Below are positions 61,921-64,000 of a stretch of 64,000 bases of DNA, one piece after another. The notes under the pieces are model-generated. The model was not told where the DNA came from and did not search any database. It saw nothing but the letters and a program-made list of their open reading frames with translations. The stretch's first letter is position 1, and each line of letters starts with the position of its first letter. Location: assembly GCF_030684315.1 (NCBI RefSeq), contig NC_081384.1, positions 4,073,829 through 4,137,828 on the forward strand. The letters run 5' to 3'. The position numbers and the translations under genes are program-made. Source of the DNA: Stegostoma tigrinum. Taxonomy: Eukaryota.

Positions 61921-64000
61921 GATTTTGCGAAGCTAGCGCCCCATTCCGCTTGCTACTTTAAATATGAACCGCTTTTACACAAAATAATGTTCCTGTTGTA
62001 AAAATATTGCGGACTATTTGTTATTGGACAATAATACCACACATCTTATTCAACCTCATTTAAAGACTGTTACTTTCTAATCCAGATGGAAAGGGTTTCG
62101 AGTGAAAGCCAGCGCAGCGCTTCCAAATAAAGGTGCAAAGTTCTGAGATAACTCAGAGCTCAGTAAAGGCGCGCATGAACTTCCCTCGAAAAGATCTTCT
62201 CCATATCAGAAAACTCTATGCGGCTATTTCGTATATATGCACGGGTGTTAATAGTTGAAATAATGTGCAAACTGCATTCCAAAATCGAGTATAAAGTTAC
62301 GCAAAACTATTGCAATGTCTGTTCATATTTTGAAACTGACCATTTAGTTTTAAACCATTAACGAAACGCCACAATAATGACTGATAGCGAATCTGCATTA
62401 TTTTTGAGCTCATTGGTTTATCTGTGACAATTGAAAGCAAGGTATTTCCTGAACTGATAAGGAAGCCAATGTTGTCACGCCGAGCCAGTTTACTATGAAA
62501 TGTATCTGATAGTTCGATTTTATGAAGTAGACAAAATAATTTACATTCGATCTGTCTCACCTTGGCAGATCTCCCGAAGCTTACTAAATCTATTCCCGCA
62601 ATTCAATTCTCACAATTTTTGGGGGGATAGTACTCGGAATGTCTATTTATAACCACAAGATGCTTCCACATCAAAAGAATTTCTACCTCCACAGTATAAA
62701 AGTTAATCAGAATAGAACTCGGTCAATGAAAAGTCTAAATAAGACCTTTGGGTGTTTATTATCAATGCAAATCCATCCGAGTACAATCATAGCTAACATA
62801 AGTAACTTAAATCAGCATTTTAACTTTGCATATTCCTACACTGAAGTGCATCTTTGAAGTATCTGGTCCTTCGTTAACCATTGTCAACCATCTAACCCAT
62901 TGTTAATTTGTCAATCCCTAATGTGTTATTTTAAAAAATACAAAAGCATGGTGTTCAAATATAGCTTCTAAAAAGTCTGGGTTGCAGAAATAGTGGGAAT
63001 TCTTGGGTTACAGATTTCCACCCTTCCATAATATTATGGGATACGTCAGCTGGCAAGGAAATTAACGCAGTGGCATTGTAAAAGTATCATCGACCCAAAG
63101 TTGGTGTGCAGCTGTGGTAATAAAGTAGCAAATCACACTGATAAGAACATTTTATTAACTTTGTGCACGTGCAGCCTGTGAAATATTGTCAACTGATCAA
63201 ATAATGCTGAATAAGATCATTGAGATAATACAAGTCTGGAACGTGAAAAAACCTCATCAATTTGCCAAAACAAAAAGAAACGATTTATGAAAGTTAATAT
63301 TTTATTCTTTTCCTCTATAAGTGGCTGTGGCCTTCTGAAAAAAAAAGCATTGTTCAAAATAGGAATGAGTGGAACCAATTGTTTAATAATTAATCGAAAG
63401 GCTCCTCTTGAAAAGTTTGTTCCCTGTCTCCATAGGTGCCCCGGGTTACTTTAACTCAGATGAAAATCTTTAAATGTTATTTTCGTTTTTCTCTCTGAAG
63501 TTTAAAGAACAACGTTCCGATTACATTTTAGCTTTTACTTTCGTTTCTAGTGGTGGTACTTGGTCATACAACCGTTTAGATTCTTTTGAAATTTGGCACA
63601 ACCGTGCCAGCGTTAAATAGAACAGGTCTGGAGTGCCATTTAAACCAATAAAAATACTTAAACATCTAATATTACTGCAACATGGACAATCCACATTCTT
63701 AATCAACCATTGGATTGTCACAGAAACATTTAAGAGATGATCAGCTAGTTCCTACATTTTCCAATTGCTTCATCAACTGACACGTCTGTGAGATTTTAAG
63801 GGGGAAGAAACAATTTCTGACCACAGAAGTAAACAAAGTCTATAACTTGCAGACTGTCCGGTCCGTGACGACCCACGTGTTTGCTTTATTTGGTTCTAAG
63901 GCAGTGATACATCTGCATTGCGCATTTAATATTGTTTTTCTTCGTGTTTTAATGCGGTTAATCTCTTTATCAGCAACGTGATTCATTGTATGGGCGTATT

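Overview
Vertebrate genomic DNA covering the anterior-to-central HoxB cluster, all genes on the minus strand: HoxB2, HoxB3, HoxB4, mir-10, HoxB5, HoxB6, HoxB7 and HoxB8. HoxB1 and HoxB9 presumably lie outside the window, left and right respectively. Paralogue groups 2-8 together with mir-10 identify cluster B. Each gene has two coding exons split by a phase-1 GT-AG intron between the hexapeptide (YPWM/FPWM) and the homeodomain, and all seven spliced frames are intact. The HoxA2-like HoxB2 N-terminus, AT-rich intergenic DNA and lack of recognisable transposons suggest a non-teleost fish, probably cartilaginous (inference). Known Hox cis-elements are readable directly: the HoxB2 r4 and r3/r5 enhancers, three conserved DR5 RAREs, the HB-1 intron element, the four-cluster sequence, and miR-196 and miR-10 target sites. 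The most interesting observations are: a 47-codon out-of-frame uORF overlapping the HoxB3 start that resembles the in-frame N-terminal extension of HoxD3; a near-consensus CTCF site at the HoxB5|B6 boundary; an extended miR-196 complement downstream of HoxB2; and loss of the first of the two canonical HoxB4 ATGs. I see no evidence of a wholly new genetic system; the novel candidates are regulatory. Comparisons to mammalian sequences are from memory and need checking by alignment.
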